Source: Escherichia phage vB_EcoM_DE16
Length of the DNA: 64,000 nt
Reading direction: 5' to 3' (one strand)
Sequence record: OP595145.1
Below the pieces are notes generated by a model. That model saw nothing but the letters and a program-made list of their open reading frames with translations. It did not search any database and was not told the origin of the DNA. Shown here piece by piece: positions 17,844 through 26,744 of the stretch; within the stretch, counting starts at the first letter, position 1; each line of letters starts with the position of its first letter. Both the position numbers and the translations under genes were made by a program.

Positions 17844-19997
17844 ATGAAACAAGCTATATTTACTGTCACGCGAGACAAGAGAGTAAATGCGAGTTCATTT
17901 AACTACACGACTGTTGATGGAACAGCAGTCGCTGGTAGAGATTATATTGCAAAATCGGGAACACTTGTGTTCCCTGATGATGCTGATTCTGCTACTATTG
18001 TGGTTGAAGTATTTGAACGACCAAAGAACTCAATAGATCTTAACTTCTCCCTCCAAGTTTCAGGGATTAGTCAAAATAATATGATGGTTGAAACAACCAT
18101 CAATTGTATTATAACTACTATCCAAGAAAATACCACTCCAATAACTTGGACTACAAAAGACGTTAAAATGTTCTCTCCTATGTATTGGACAATAGATTCT
18201 CAAGCAACGGAAAGTTGTTCTATTGTATCTCATGGAGACTCTTTTACTGCAAGATTTGTAAACAGAACAACAGCAGGTTTGGCAGGGGTTATCTGGAGCA
18301 CAGTTGACAAATATGACCATAAAGGTGTTGGGTATTTACCCCACACAGATTTAAGTTCAGAGAAACTTTGGTTTAAAATGGAAATTAGTCAAAACATGCC
18401 AGGTTTTAAAGAAGAACCTTTGGTGCCGACTTTGACTGTAACTCTCCTGGATAAAAGTGTTCATTATGTCAGTTTAGGATTCTATGCTTCAGATATTTCA
18501 GAAGATGGTAAAACAGCCACAATCAAGCTAGATTTTGGTAATATCTTTTCTGGCCCTAATAATGATATTCCTTTGGATATGAGTGCCGTAGACAATATTT
18601 TCTTCTCTTTGATTACAGCAAGGTATGAAGAAATAGAGGAGATTGTACCTATTGACAGTCAAGAGGCTTGGTTTACTTTCACTCTTCTTGAACCTACTTC
18701 TGGTTATAGTATGATGAAAGTCAGCAACCTTGTCCAGCCTGAACATGATATTCGCATGTGCACATCTTATGATGATATGTATAACCTGACTCCAGAGAGA
18801 GTTATTTATAATACATATGCACTAGGTTATCGTGGAATGATTAACCATTACAACGGAATGTCTCACTATTATGAGTTCTCATGGAACGGAACATCTTGGG
18901 CTTTAAATAGATCTGTTTTCCTGAATCCGGCTACAGAAGCTTGGCTTAACAGTTTCCATTCTATAGCTAATGAAAATGGCTACACAATAATGAACTCTTT
19001 GAGTTTTGAGTTGATGAGCACAGTTTGTCCTGTAGAATGGGTTCAACATGATTGGAACGATGCTCTTGCAGCAACAGGTTATAAGCCGCCTAGCTATGTG
19101 TTATCTCCAACAATTGATGAAGGTATGGAATATTTGCAAAATGTTATTAACAAAATAGCATCTATTTCTCAAGCTAACAATATTCCAATCGTTATTCAAA
19201 TTGGTGAACCTTGGTGGTGGTATAATACAGCAAGTAAAATGCCTTGTATATATGATTACACTACCAAACTGGCATTCAATACTGAAACAGGCTTATTTGC
19301 ACAAGATGCAGGAACTATAGATAATTATAAAACAGGAACACCATTTGACGAATACTATGCATTTTTGTCTCGTAAACTAGGGTTAAGAGTTACAAAGTTT
19401 GCAACAGACACCAGAGCAACTTATCCAGGAGCTAAAGTAACATTGCTTCCGTTCTTACCATCAATTATCGGCAACGGTTTGATGGAGAAAGTTAACTTTC
19501 CGTCTGATTACTACATTCCTGAAGCTTTTGATTTTTATTGTTCAGAGTGTTACGACTGGCTTCTGGAAGGTAAAATGATGAAAGCATTTGATGCAATTAC
19601 CATACCACATGAAAAATTAGGTTTTGAATATTCTGATATTCACTATCTTGCAGGTTTTGTTCCAGATGCTACTCTTGCACCTTTGTATGGCTTTGATCCT
19701 GAATCAAACTACCGCACGTATCTTTGGAAAATGATTATAGGTAATATAGTGTTGAACGCCAATAAGTTCAATGGACTTACACAATATATATGGGCCTATC
19801 CTCAAATAATGCACGATTCTATCACGGTAGTTAATTCTCAATCCCAAGTTTTCTATATGGGTAACGTGCCTTTGAACGCTTATTTACAGGATATCACTCT
19901 TAAACAGGTAAATGTTGAGATTGCCACCATAAGTGGAATTACATTAGCCACTAAATCTGGAGAAGATTTAGTAACAACACAAAAATTTTATATATAG
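17844..19997 (+). CDS. tail-associated protein with N-terminal Calx-beta domain
   Basis: 717 aa; N-terminus FNYTTVDGTAVAGRDYIAKSGTLVFPDDADSATIVVEV matches the Calx-beta signature. Confidence 0.55.
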   Translation: MKQAIFTVTRDKRVNASSFNYTTVDGTAVAGRDYIAKSGTLVFPDDADSATIVVEVFERPKNSIDLNFSLQVSGISQNNMMVETTINCIITTIQENTTPITWTTKDVKMFSPMYWTIDSQATESCSIVSHGDSFTARFVNRTTAGLAGVIWSTVDKYDHKGVGYLPHTDLSSEKLWFKMEISQNMPGFKEEPLVPTLTVTLLDKSVHYVSLGFYASDISEDGKTATIKLDFGNIFSGPNNDIPLDMSAVDNIFFSLITARYEEIEEIVPIDSQEAWFTFTLLEPTSGYSMMKVSNLVQPEHDIRMCTSYDDMYNLTPERVIYNTYALGYRGMINHYNGMSHYYEFSWNGTSWALNRSVFLNPATEAWLNSFHSIANENGYTIMNSLSFELMSTVCPVEWVQHDWNDALAATGYKPPSYVLSPTIDEGMEYLQNVINKIASISQANNIPIVIQIGEPWWWYNTASKMPCIYDYTTKLAFNTETGLFAQDAGTIDNYKTGTPFDEYYAFLSRKLGLRVTKFATDTRATYPGAKVTLLPFLPSIIGNGLMEKVNFPSDYYIPEAFDFYCSECYDWLLEGKMMKAFDAITIPHEKLGFEYSDIHYLAGFVPDATLAPLYGFDPESNYRTYLWKMIIGNIVLNANKFNGLTQYIWAYPQIMHDSITVVNSQSQVFYMGNVPLNAYLQDITLKQVNVEIATISGITLATKSGEDLVTTQKFYI

Positions 19998-20005
19998 GAG
20001 TAAAA

Positions 20006-21946
20006 ATGTCAACTACAATTACTAATTTACCCGAAACATCAAAAGTTAATGATTCTGATTACCTGGTTTTAGACCAACCTGATAAGACTGTTAAAAGCAC
20101 AGTTTCCAACTTTCTTACTGACACTGGGGTGGTTTTAGCCACCCAGTTGAAAGATACAGATGGAGCAGATTTAATACAATCCTCAAATGGTAATACTGTT
20201 CAGGAAGAGTTGAATAACAATCTTCTTAATGATCGTGAACAGTGGCGTCGTAGTCTTGCTGAGGCTGGCTTAACGCTTGTTGATGGTAGTTTTGAAGACG
20301 GTGCTACAGCAAATAGTAAAACTGATGCCGTTTGGTATAGGACAGGAGGTCAGTGTTATGTGTGGGATGGTGTCGGGGTTAAAAATGTACCTGCTAAATC
20401 AACTCCAACATCAACTGGCGGGGAAGGGGTTGATAAGTGGCTTAATGTTAGTAATGTTACACTTAGGAGTGGGATAGTAGCCTCTATAAATCCAGTAGAT
20501 AATCTAAGCGCACTTAAATCGTCCCTTGCATCAAAGAAGATAACCACATTAACTGAGGCTGTAACCACTACGGATGTAATTATTGTTCCTTCCTACAGTG
20601 AGTTAAGAGGCATTGGTCATAATATAGGAATCATTGCACAACAACCGAAGCCGCAAAAAGTAATATCAAAATCTGGAAATAAAAAATATGATTTTGTTAA
20701 TACAAATAAACCACTTCAGTCGAGAGATGCAATATTAGCTATAGATCCTGCGTGGATTGACGGAGTATACCCCCAACATACAATAATCGATGGGGTATCC
20801 TTACTTGGTGATCCATCCAGTAAAAATGATGTCGGGCTATTTATTTTTCAGGGTGGAAATTTCACCATCAGGAACATGCAGATAGCGAACTGCCTAGACG
20901 GGATTCTTAGCAGTGGCTGCTGGATTAGTCGCTTTGAGAACGTGAGTGCGCTTGGTGGCAGTCTGGCTTTTAATGGTGGCACAAGCCATGTATTAATTGG
21001 GTGCGCTGCCTGGGCTACCGCTGAGAATGACGGAGCATTTTATTTTAATGACGTAACATACAGCAGCATGGTTGGATGCACATCTGACCACTCGGAAGCT
21101 CCAGCTAACTTCTTCAGAGATGGCGTGCAGATGACCATGGTTAACTGCGGAAGCGAGTTCGCTACCTCACCGGGAGGTGGTGTTGGTAGCATGATTGCGT
21201 CAGCAGGTGCGGGCAATAAAATCACGGTACTTGGATATAAAGGGGTTCCAAAGGCTGGGCAGACTGACCCGCTAATTAGTATTTCAGAAAACAGTACGAT
21301 GCACATTATCAATTGGTACAGCAATGAGCCAGACTATCCGAATAGTTTAGACGTCAGTGTAAATGGTGACGGAAGCACTATTATTGTTGAAGATAGTATA
21401 TTCTCTGGAGGCCGAACCCTGCCGGTTGTACAGTTCAGGGGCAACCAACCGAACAGTAAAGTTATTGTTAAGAGCGGCGGTAATGAATATGTATATACCT
21501 CACCTCTGGGGGGTGGTATTGTAAGTTCACCAGAACGTAAGTACAGAGGTACAACGTATACACCGAAGCTACTGGTTAATGGCGCGAATGTTGCCGAGCT
21601 AACATATTCCACTGCTATAGGTAGTGCAGTAAAGAATGGTAATCAACTAACAGTAAACTTTAATTTAGTTATATCAGCCGCTCCTTCATCCCCATCTCAG
21701 GGTACTATTACACTGGATTTACTTTCTACTGAGACGGGGTACGTTCCTGAATATGAATCGTGTGGTGTGCTAGTAGTTTCTAATGGTGTGGGTTTCAGTG
21801 GGGTGGCATGCGTAGTGTCGCCCAATGAGACTATGGTTTATTTAAAAAGCAGTGATGGGGTAAATATGCAACTACAGCATATAAAGGCAGGAACGCAAAT
21901 CAGAGGAGCGGTGACATTTAAAGTAAAAAGATCTGGTTGGTCATGA
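20006..21946 (+). CDS. tailspike / tail fiber with parallel beta-helix-like region (possible depolymerase)
   Basis: 646 aa; RBS AGGAG; central region rich in G/N/S/T/V with repetitive short beta-strand pattern. Confidence 0.45.
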   Translation: MSTTITNLPETSKVNDSDYLVLDQPDKTVKSTVSNFLTDTGVVLATQLKDTDGADLIQSSNGNTVQEELNNNLLNDREQWRRSLAEAGLTLVDGSFEDGATANSKTDAVWYRTGGQCYVWDGVGVKNVPAKSTPTSTGGEGVDKWLNVSNVTLRSGIVASINPVDNLSALKSSLASKKITTLTEAVTTTDVIIVPSYSELRGIGHNIGIIAQQPKPQKVISKSGNKKYDFVNTNKPLQSRDAILAIDPAWIDGVYPQHTIIDGVSLLGDPSSKNDVGLFIFQGGNFTIRNMQIANCLDGILSSGCWISRFENVSALGGSLAFNGGTSHVLIGCAAWATAENDGAFYFNDVTYSSMVGCTSDHSEAPANFFRDGVQMTMVNCGSEFATSPGGGVGSMIASAGAGNKITVLGYKGVPKAGQTDPLISISENSTMHIINWYSNEPDYPNSLDVSVNGDGSTIIVEDSIFSGGRTLPVVQFRGNQPNSKVIVKSGGNEYVYTSPLGGGIVSSPERKYRGTTYTPKLLVNGANVAELTYSTAIGSAVKNGNQLTVNFNLVISAAPSSPSQGTITLDLLSTETGYVPEYESCGVLVVSNGVGFSGVACVVSPNETMVYLKSSDGVNMQLQHIKAGTQIRGAVTFKVKRSGWS

Positions 21947-22112
21947 TTATATGCTAACAGGATGCTGAAGATATGGGAGTGAGTTTTCCCTTTCTTAATC
22001 TGAACTGTATATGGCATCAGTGGCGTGGATGCCCATGGATGGCACCACGCTAACTGGTGTTAATAATCTTGATTTGACTTTCTACTATTAATAGAAAAAC
22101 AAAGAGGTTTAT

Positions 22113-22421
22113 ATGAACGAAATGTTCTCACAAGGTGGTAAAGGTTCAACCGGAATCTTAACCAATAAACAAGCAGTAGCCCGTCACTTTGGAGTTAAAC
22201 AATCTGAGGTTGTTTACTTCTCAGTTGGTGTGGATTTGGGTGGGTATAAGGTTATCTATGATAAGGAGACGCAAAGGGCGTATTCCCTACCTGCTGATAT
22301 TGCCCCAGGTACTACTGCCATTAGTCTTAGTGCTGCTGTACTTGTGCATTCAGCGGGTTCTGTAGACCTTGGGGAATTAGCTGTATCTTGTGATTTAAAA
22401 AGTAATGAGAACGCACCATGA
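22113..22421 (+). CDS. small tail-fiber-associated protein, homologous to an internal module of the 26745 tailspike
   Basis: 102 aa; residues 17-92 align with the segment of the 1017-aa protein encoded around 27420-27660. Confidence 0.45.
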   Translation: MNEMFSQGGKGSTGILTNKQAVARHFGVKQSEVVYFSVGVDLGGYKVIYDKETQRAYSLPADIAPGTTAISLSAAVLVHSAGSVDLGELAVSCDLKSNENAP

Positions 22422-22660
22422 GAAAGTTTTTAATCGGAATGTTTTGTACTTATCCAAACAACAAAATCAGTTCTACTAAAGTGTGGAACGCACTGGGAAT
22501 GCTAACCATGACAGGCATGTTTATCTTTTTAGGAATAGAAAAAGAAATTCCTGAATGGATGGGTTGGGCTTTTGTTTTCATGATAACCCCTTCTCGCCTC
22601 ATGAAAAATCTTATTGATTTACGTTGGGGCAGATCACAATCTACCAAAGAGGATGACTAA
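22418..22660 (+). CDS. small membrane protein (2 predicted TM helices; holin-like topology)
   Basis: 80 aa; hydrophobic segments VWNALGMLTMTGMFIFLGI and WMGWAFVFMITP; charged C-terminus. Confidence 0.3.
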   Translation: MRKFLIGMFCTYPNNKISSTKVWNALGMLTMTGMFIFLGIEKEIPEWMGWAFVFMITPSRLMKNLIDLRWGRSQSTKEDD

Positions 22661-24147
22661 TGGACGAATATGGTTTGACAGATGCGGGATTTGTAATCCC
22701 GACTTTTGACGATGTTCTAAACAATTATATGACAGCAGTAAAAAACACATTTGGTGCAGATGCAGCCACTTCGGAAGATACTGTGATCGGACAACTGTTT
22801 AGAATAATTGCATACACAGATTACACATTGTGGGAAGGTATGCAAGGTGTTTATAATACTCAAACACTGGATGGTGCAGAAGGTATTTATCTTGACGAAA
22901 TCTTTTCTAAGCGCGGTTTCTATCGAGCAGGGGCAGCAGCAAGTACAGGTTATGCCTATGTTAAGAGTAATAACAAAGCAGCTTGGACTTATGAGTTAGG
23001 CACGGATATTTACTTCAACTCTGATAGTGATATGAACTACTATGTTAGCACACCAACTATGTTGAATGCTAAGATTGCAGCTTATCAAATCTCTCGTGCT
23101 AATGCAACTGCTACAGGTGTTCCAAATATTACTTTTTATGCACAAAGTGCGGTGGATGGAGGACTAAACAGTAAAACACTTGCACCTGGTTCTTCTACAT
23201 TTATAACCGATCTTGAAACTTTTATCAAGGCGAATTTAACAGAAGCTGATCGTAGTCTTGTATTTTCTGATTCAGGTAACTTATCAATTGGTTTTACTTC
23301 TTTAACCAGTGATACTCCAGTGGGGCTGGTAACTCCTATTAAATTTTATGCTAGTGTTCCGGTTGGAACCAAGTGGAGTGAGATTCCGGTAGTTGCAGCA
23401 GAGAAAGGATACAATCCTGTTGGTGTGGAGTCTATTACAGGGATATCTTCTACCTTTACAGGTTATCTTGATAGTGGTAACTTCTATTCATTTTCCCCTG
23501 GTCGAGATGTTGAGACAGACGCAGAATTCCGCTCTCGTTTCAATGACAACGTTGACGAAGCTAACGCAGGGACACGAGCAGCTATTGTGAAAGCTCTGCT
23601 ACTTACAGATGGTGTTACTAAGGTGAAGATTTATGATAACCCTACATTACATGATCAAGAACATGCTCCAGCTATGACTTTCCAGACTATAGTTTATGGT
23701 GGCAGTGCAGAAGAAATTGCAAATGTTATCTATAAAACCAAACCAATCAACACTTTGACACACGGAACAACTAACATAACAGTTACAACAGAAGATGGAG
23801 GACAAGAAATTATCCGCTTCTCTCCTGGTACTTCTGCTATGTATTCCGTAAAACTTGTTTATCAAACTGTCAACGGAACAACTTTAAGTGGAACAGAAAA
23901 ACAAAACATCGTAGAAGCTTTACAAAACCTGCAAGCTTACTTTGAGTTAGGTTCTTCAGTAACGAACGATCAAATCAAAGGTGTTATTTATGCAGCACTT
24001 GCTTTTGGACGCTTGACTTCTCTTCGTGTTTATGTTAAACTTAATACTGAGGATGACAGTAAATATACAGAGAATAATATAGTTCCTGCTTATAATGTTG
24101 TCCCTTCTTTTGACCTTGATAACATTTCTTACGAGTATGGAGTGTAA
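22660..24147 (+). CDS. baseplate wedge protein (gpJ / gp6-like)
   Basis: 495 aa; N-terminal region follows the Baseplate_J pattern (TLDGAEGIYLDEIFSKRGFYRAGAAASTGYAYV); precedes gpI-like and fiber genes as in P2. Confidence 0.55.
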   Translation: MDEYGLTDAGFVIPTFDDVLNNYMTAVKNTFGADAATSEDTVIGQLFRIIAYTDYTLWEGMQGVYNTQTLDGAEGIYLDEIFSKRGFYRAGAAASTGYAYVKSNNKAAWTYELGTDIYFNSDSDMNYYVSTPTMLNAKIAAYQISRANATATGVPNITFYAQSAVDGGLNSKTLAPGSSTFITDLETFIKANLTEADRSLVFSDSGNLSIGFTSLTSDTPVGLVTPIKFYASVPVGTKWSEIPVVAAEKGYNPVGVESITGISSTFTGYLDSGNFYSFSPGRDVETDAEFRSRFNDNVDEANAGTRAAIVKALLLTDGVTKVKIYDNPTLHDQEHAPAMTFQTIVYGGSAEEIANVIYKTKPINTLTHGTTNITVTTEDGGQEIIRFSPGTSAMYSVKLVYQTVNGTTLSGTEKQNIVEALQNLQAYFELGSSVTNDQIKGVIYAALAFGRLTSLRVYVKLNTEDDSKYTENNIVPAYNVVPSFDLDNISYEYGV

Positions 24148-24149
24148 AA

Positions 24150-24779
24150 ATGGCAGTGAGTGTTGACCATGTAACAACTTGGGCCAGTATCAATGAAGAT
24201 GTTAAAAACCTTCTGATTGAAGATTTTAAATCTTCTCCTAACATTGTCAAGCTCCTCTACATCGTATCCAGTGAAAAGCAAAAGATAGATCAGGCAATGA
24301 TCTATCTTGCTAAACACCGCTTGATCTCTACAGCTACAGGCAAATACCTAGATATTCTAGGGGAAGAAATGGGGATCGAACGTAATGGCTCTGATGATGA
24401 AGAGTATAGAACAATATTAAAAATCAGGGCTTACCGCGTAGCCTCATCGGGGACTCGTGGTGACATAATTGATATCTTCGCCCGTTTCACAGGAACAGAG
24501 CGTGAAACGCTTAATACTTACGTAGGTTTGAATAAAACCTTTGATGTGTTTTTCTACAACCTGTGTCTTCAATCTGATCAAGCTTTAGAGCAGTTGCTAA
24601 GTGTTTTCCCTATTATTAGTAGCTACCGTCTTGGAGCAAAAGCAGGATCAGCTTTTGGTTTTAGTTCTTATTATGCTACCAAACCGCCTCATGGTATTGG
24701 TGGTTTAGGTTCCCTGTACATGGAATCTACTGGGGATGAAACAGGACGCATGTGTACGCTTCTCAAGCAAATAGATTAA
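24150..24779 (+). CDS. baseplate/tail protein (P2 gpI-like position)
   Basis: 209 aa between J-like and tail fiber genes. Confidence 0.35.
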   Translation: MAVSVDHVTTWASINEDVKNLLIEDFKSSPNIVKLLYIVSSEKQKIDQAMIYLAKHRLISTATGKYLDILGEEMGIERNGSDDEEYRTILKIRAYRVASSGTRGDIIDIFARFTGTERETLNTYVGLNKTFDVFFYNLCLQSDQALEQLLSVFPIISSYRLGAKAGSAFGFSSYYATKPPHGIGGLGSLYMESTGDETGRMCTLLKQID

Positions 24780-24788
24780 GGAGTTTAA

Positions 24789-25850
24789 ATGGCGAAGCCA
24801 ATATATTATCCTGACTGGGCTACACAAACTGTAACGCTCCCAGGAACTTTAAACACAAACAAAATTAGACCTAAAGAAACCATCCGCACAGTTGGTATGG
24901 ATTATGGTCAAATCATGACTTGCGAAGAAATGAACTGGATTCTTAATAATATCGGTTTATGGATTCGCTATTTGGTGGATGATTTTCTTCCAACTTTACC
25001 TAATACCTACTTGCCTTTAGTGGGAACTAAGATTACAATGGCAGGTGATGCTACTGGTGAGGCCACTTGGAACGGTAACAAAGAAGTTACTTTATCTATC
25101 CAAGTTCAAGATAACAGTCATAATCACTTGTCAGCAAACATTACAGATGCTACTAGTTCAACAGTAACACCAAACGTGTTGGTAAAACGTGATGCGGGTG
25201 GTGCTATTTATGGTGGTGATGTTTATGTTAACGGTACTTCCACAACAGATCCTGCAACACTGTTCTTCAAAAACTTTGCAGGACAAACAAATGGTGAGAT
25301 TTCTGCCGAGTATCAAAGCGGAGGTCAGCTTTACATCTATCGTAGAAATCCTAACACAGGTAGTGTATTGGCAGGTGTTCGTTTATATGATGCAGGTTAT
25401 GTTCTAATAGATAATCCAAGATCGAACAGTGGACAAGATACTTCTAACGGAAATGCTTTAGTTCGTTTAGATTATCTGAACTCTCGTTTGACTTCCCTTC
25501 AGAACACATTGCAGACGAATATTAACACTGTTCAAAACAACTTGAATAATGTTAACAACAACCTCTCTTCTCGTATAAACAATGTAGAAAGTAATCATCA
25601 AAGTCAGATTACAAATAACTACAACTATGCTAACGGAACCTTTGTAAGAGATATTCGTTATACTAGCCAAGGTGTGTATTATCCGCCAGGGAACGAGGTT
25701 TCTTGGACTTATATCTGTTCTTCTGGTTATGTTCTTTCTGGTATTATCGTACAGGAAACAGGACGTAGCTCTGCGGATAACATCGGTGGGGTTTACTTCA
25801 AACGCCTCCAGCGCAACGTTAACGGAAACTGGTACGATATTGGAGGCTAA
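24789..25850 (+). CDS. tail fiber protein
   Basis: 353 aa; N/Q/S/T-rich repeat region (NTLQTNINTVQNNLNNVNNNLSSRINNVESN) typical of fiber shafts; followed by an assembly chaperone-like gene. Confidence 0.55.
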   Translation: MAKPIYYPDWATQTVTLPGTLNTNKIRPKETIRTVGMDYGQIMTCEEMNWILNNIGLWIRYLVDDFLPTLPNTYLPLVGTKITMAGDATGEATWNGNKEVTLSIQVQDNSHNHLSANITDATSSTVTPNVLVKRDAGGAIYGGDVYVNGTSTTDPATLFFKNFAGQTNGEISAEYQSGGQLYIYRRNPNTGSVLAGVRLYDAGYVLIDNPRSNSGQDTSNGNALVRLDYLNSRLTSLQNTLQTNINTVQNNLNNVNNNLSSRINNVESNHQSQITNNYNYANGTFVRDIRYTSQGVYYPPGNEVSWTYICSSGYVLSGIIVQETGRSSADNIGGVYFKRLQRNVNGNWYDIGG

Positions 25851-26396
25851 ATGATATTTACAAACTTTAAAAAATATATTCCTGAAGACCCTGAACTAAA
25901 AGAATTGGTAGAAGCAGAGAACATTCTTTTTCTTCGTTGCGATCAAGGTTACGACTGGTATGATTTACGTAGCACAGAATTCAATAACGATAAAATGAAA
26001 GTCGTTTTTGATGATCAAAATCGTATTGTGTTTTGGAATACTGATCCTACACTACTTTGCCCTGAAGATCTTTCTATAGCACAAGTAGACTTTAATATAG
26101 ATACTTTTGAGGATATTAGGAACAAGGTTCTGGATTTAGAAACCTTAACTCTTAAGGATAAAGAGTATTCCCGTGAAGAGTTGATGACACAAGCTAGTGC
26201 AAAAATTCGCTCTTTACAAGAAACAGCGGTAGCACTTATAACACCTTTACAGTATGCTAAAGATTTAGAAATGGCTACTGAAGACGAATTAGCTTATCTT
26301 AAAAATCTTCAAGTTTATGTAGTTAAACTAAATCGTGTTCCGCTTCAAAAAGACTATCCTTACGCTATAGATTGGCCTACATTACCGACAGAATAA
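25851..26396 (+). CDS. tail fiber assembly chaperone (Tfa / gpG-like)
   Basis: 181 aa immediately downstream of the fiber gene with ATGA overlap. Confidence 0.45.
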   Translation: MIFTNFKKYIPEDPELKELVEAENILFLRCDQGYDWYDLRSTEFNNDKMKVVFDDQNRIVFWNTDPTLLCPEDLSIAQVDFNIDTFEDIRNKVLDLETLTLKDKEYSREELMTQASAKIRSLQETAVALITPLQYAKDLEMATEDELAYLKNLQVYVVKLNRVPLQKDYPYAIDWPTLPTE

Positions 26397-26405
26397 GGGA
26401 TCACT

Positions 26406-26741
26406 ATGGAATTTCAAGAAGCATGGGGACTTGCAAAGGATGCAATAATCCCTTTAATCGGAGTCATCTGGTTCTTTTTCAAACAAAAAATGGATAAATT
26501 CGGCTCTGATCTTGAGGAAATGGAGGAGAAAAGTCGAGAGCTAGAGAAGAAGTTGGTCTTTGTTGAATCAACTTATGCAACTAAAGCCGAACTTACCCAG
26601 ATGCTAAATCAAATTAACTCTACATTAATGGCAAATAATAACACCCTTGAGCAAAAAATTGAAAAGATTATGGACCTCAAGAATGCGACTATCCAAATGA
26701 TGCTAGATGACATAGTTAAACGTACACAGAATAAGGGGTAA
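26406..26741 (+). CDS. small protein with N-terminal TM helix and coiled coil
   Basis: 111 aa; hydrophobic AIIPLIGVIWFFF then heptad-like helical region. Confidence 0.35.
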   Translation: MEFQEAWGLAKDAIIPLIGVIWFFFKQKMDKFGSDLEEMEEKSRELEKKLVFVESTYATKAELTQMLNQINSTLMANNNTLEQKIEKIMDLKNATIQMMLDDIVKRTQNKG

Positions 26742-26744
26742 TTA

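Noticed and set aside
21947-22112. 166-nt intergenic gap after the 646-aa tailspike, checked for tRNA, small ORF (26 aa) and a CCATGG-centred inverted repeat
   Set aside because: No tRNA-like acceptor or T-arm pattern; the small ORF lacks an RBS; the inverted repeat is short and not followed by a T-run. Left unannotated; tRNAscan or Infernal would be needed to exclude small RNAs
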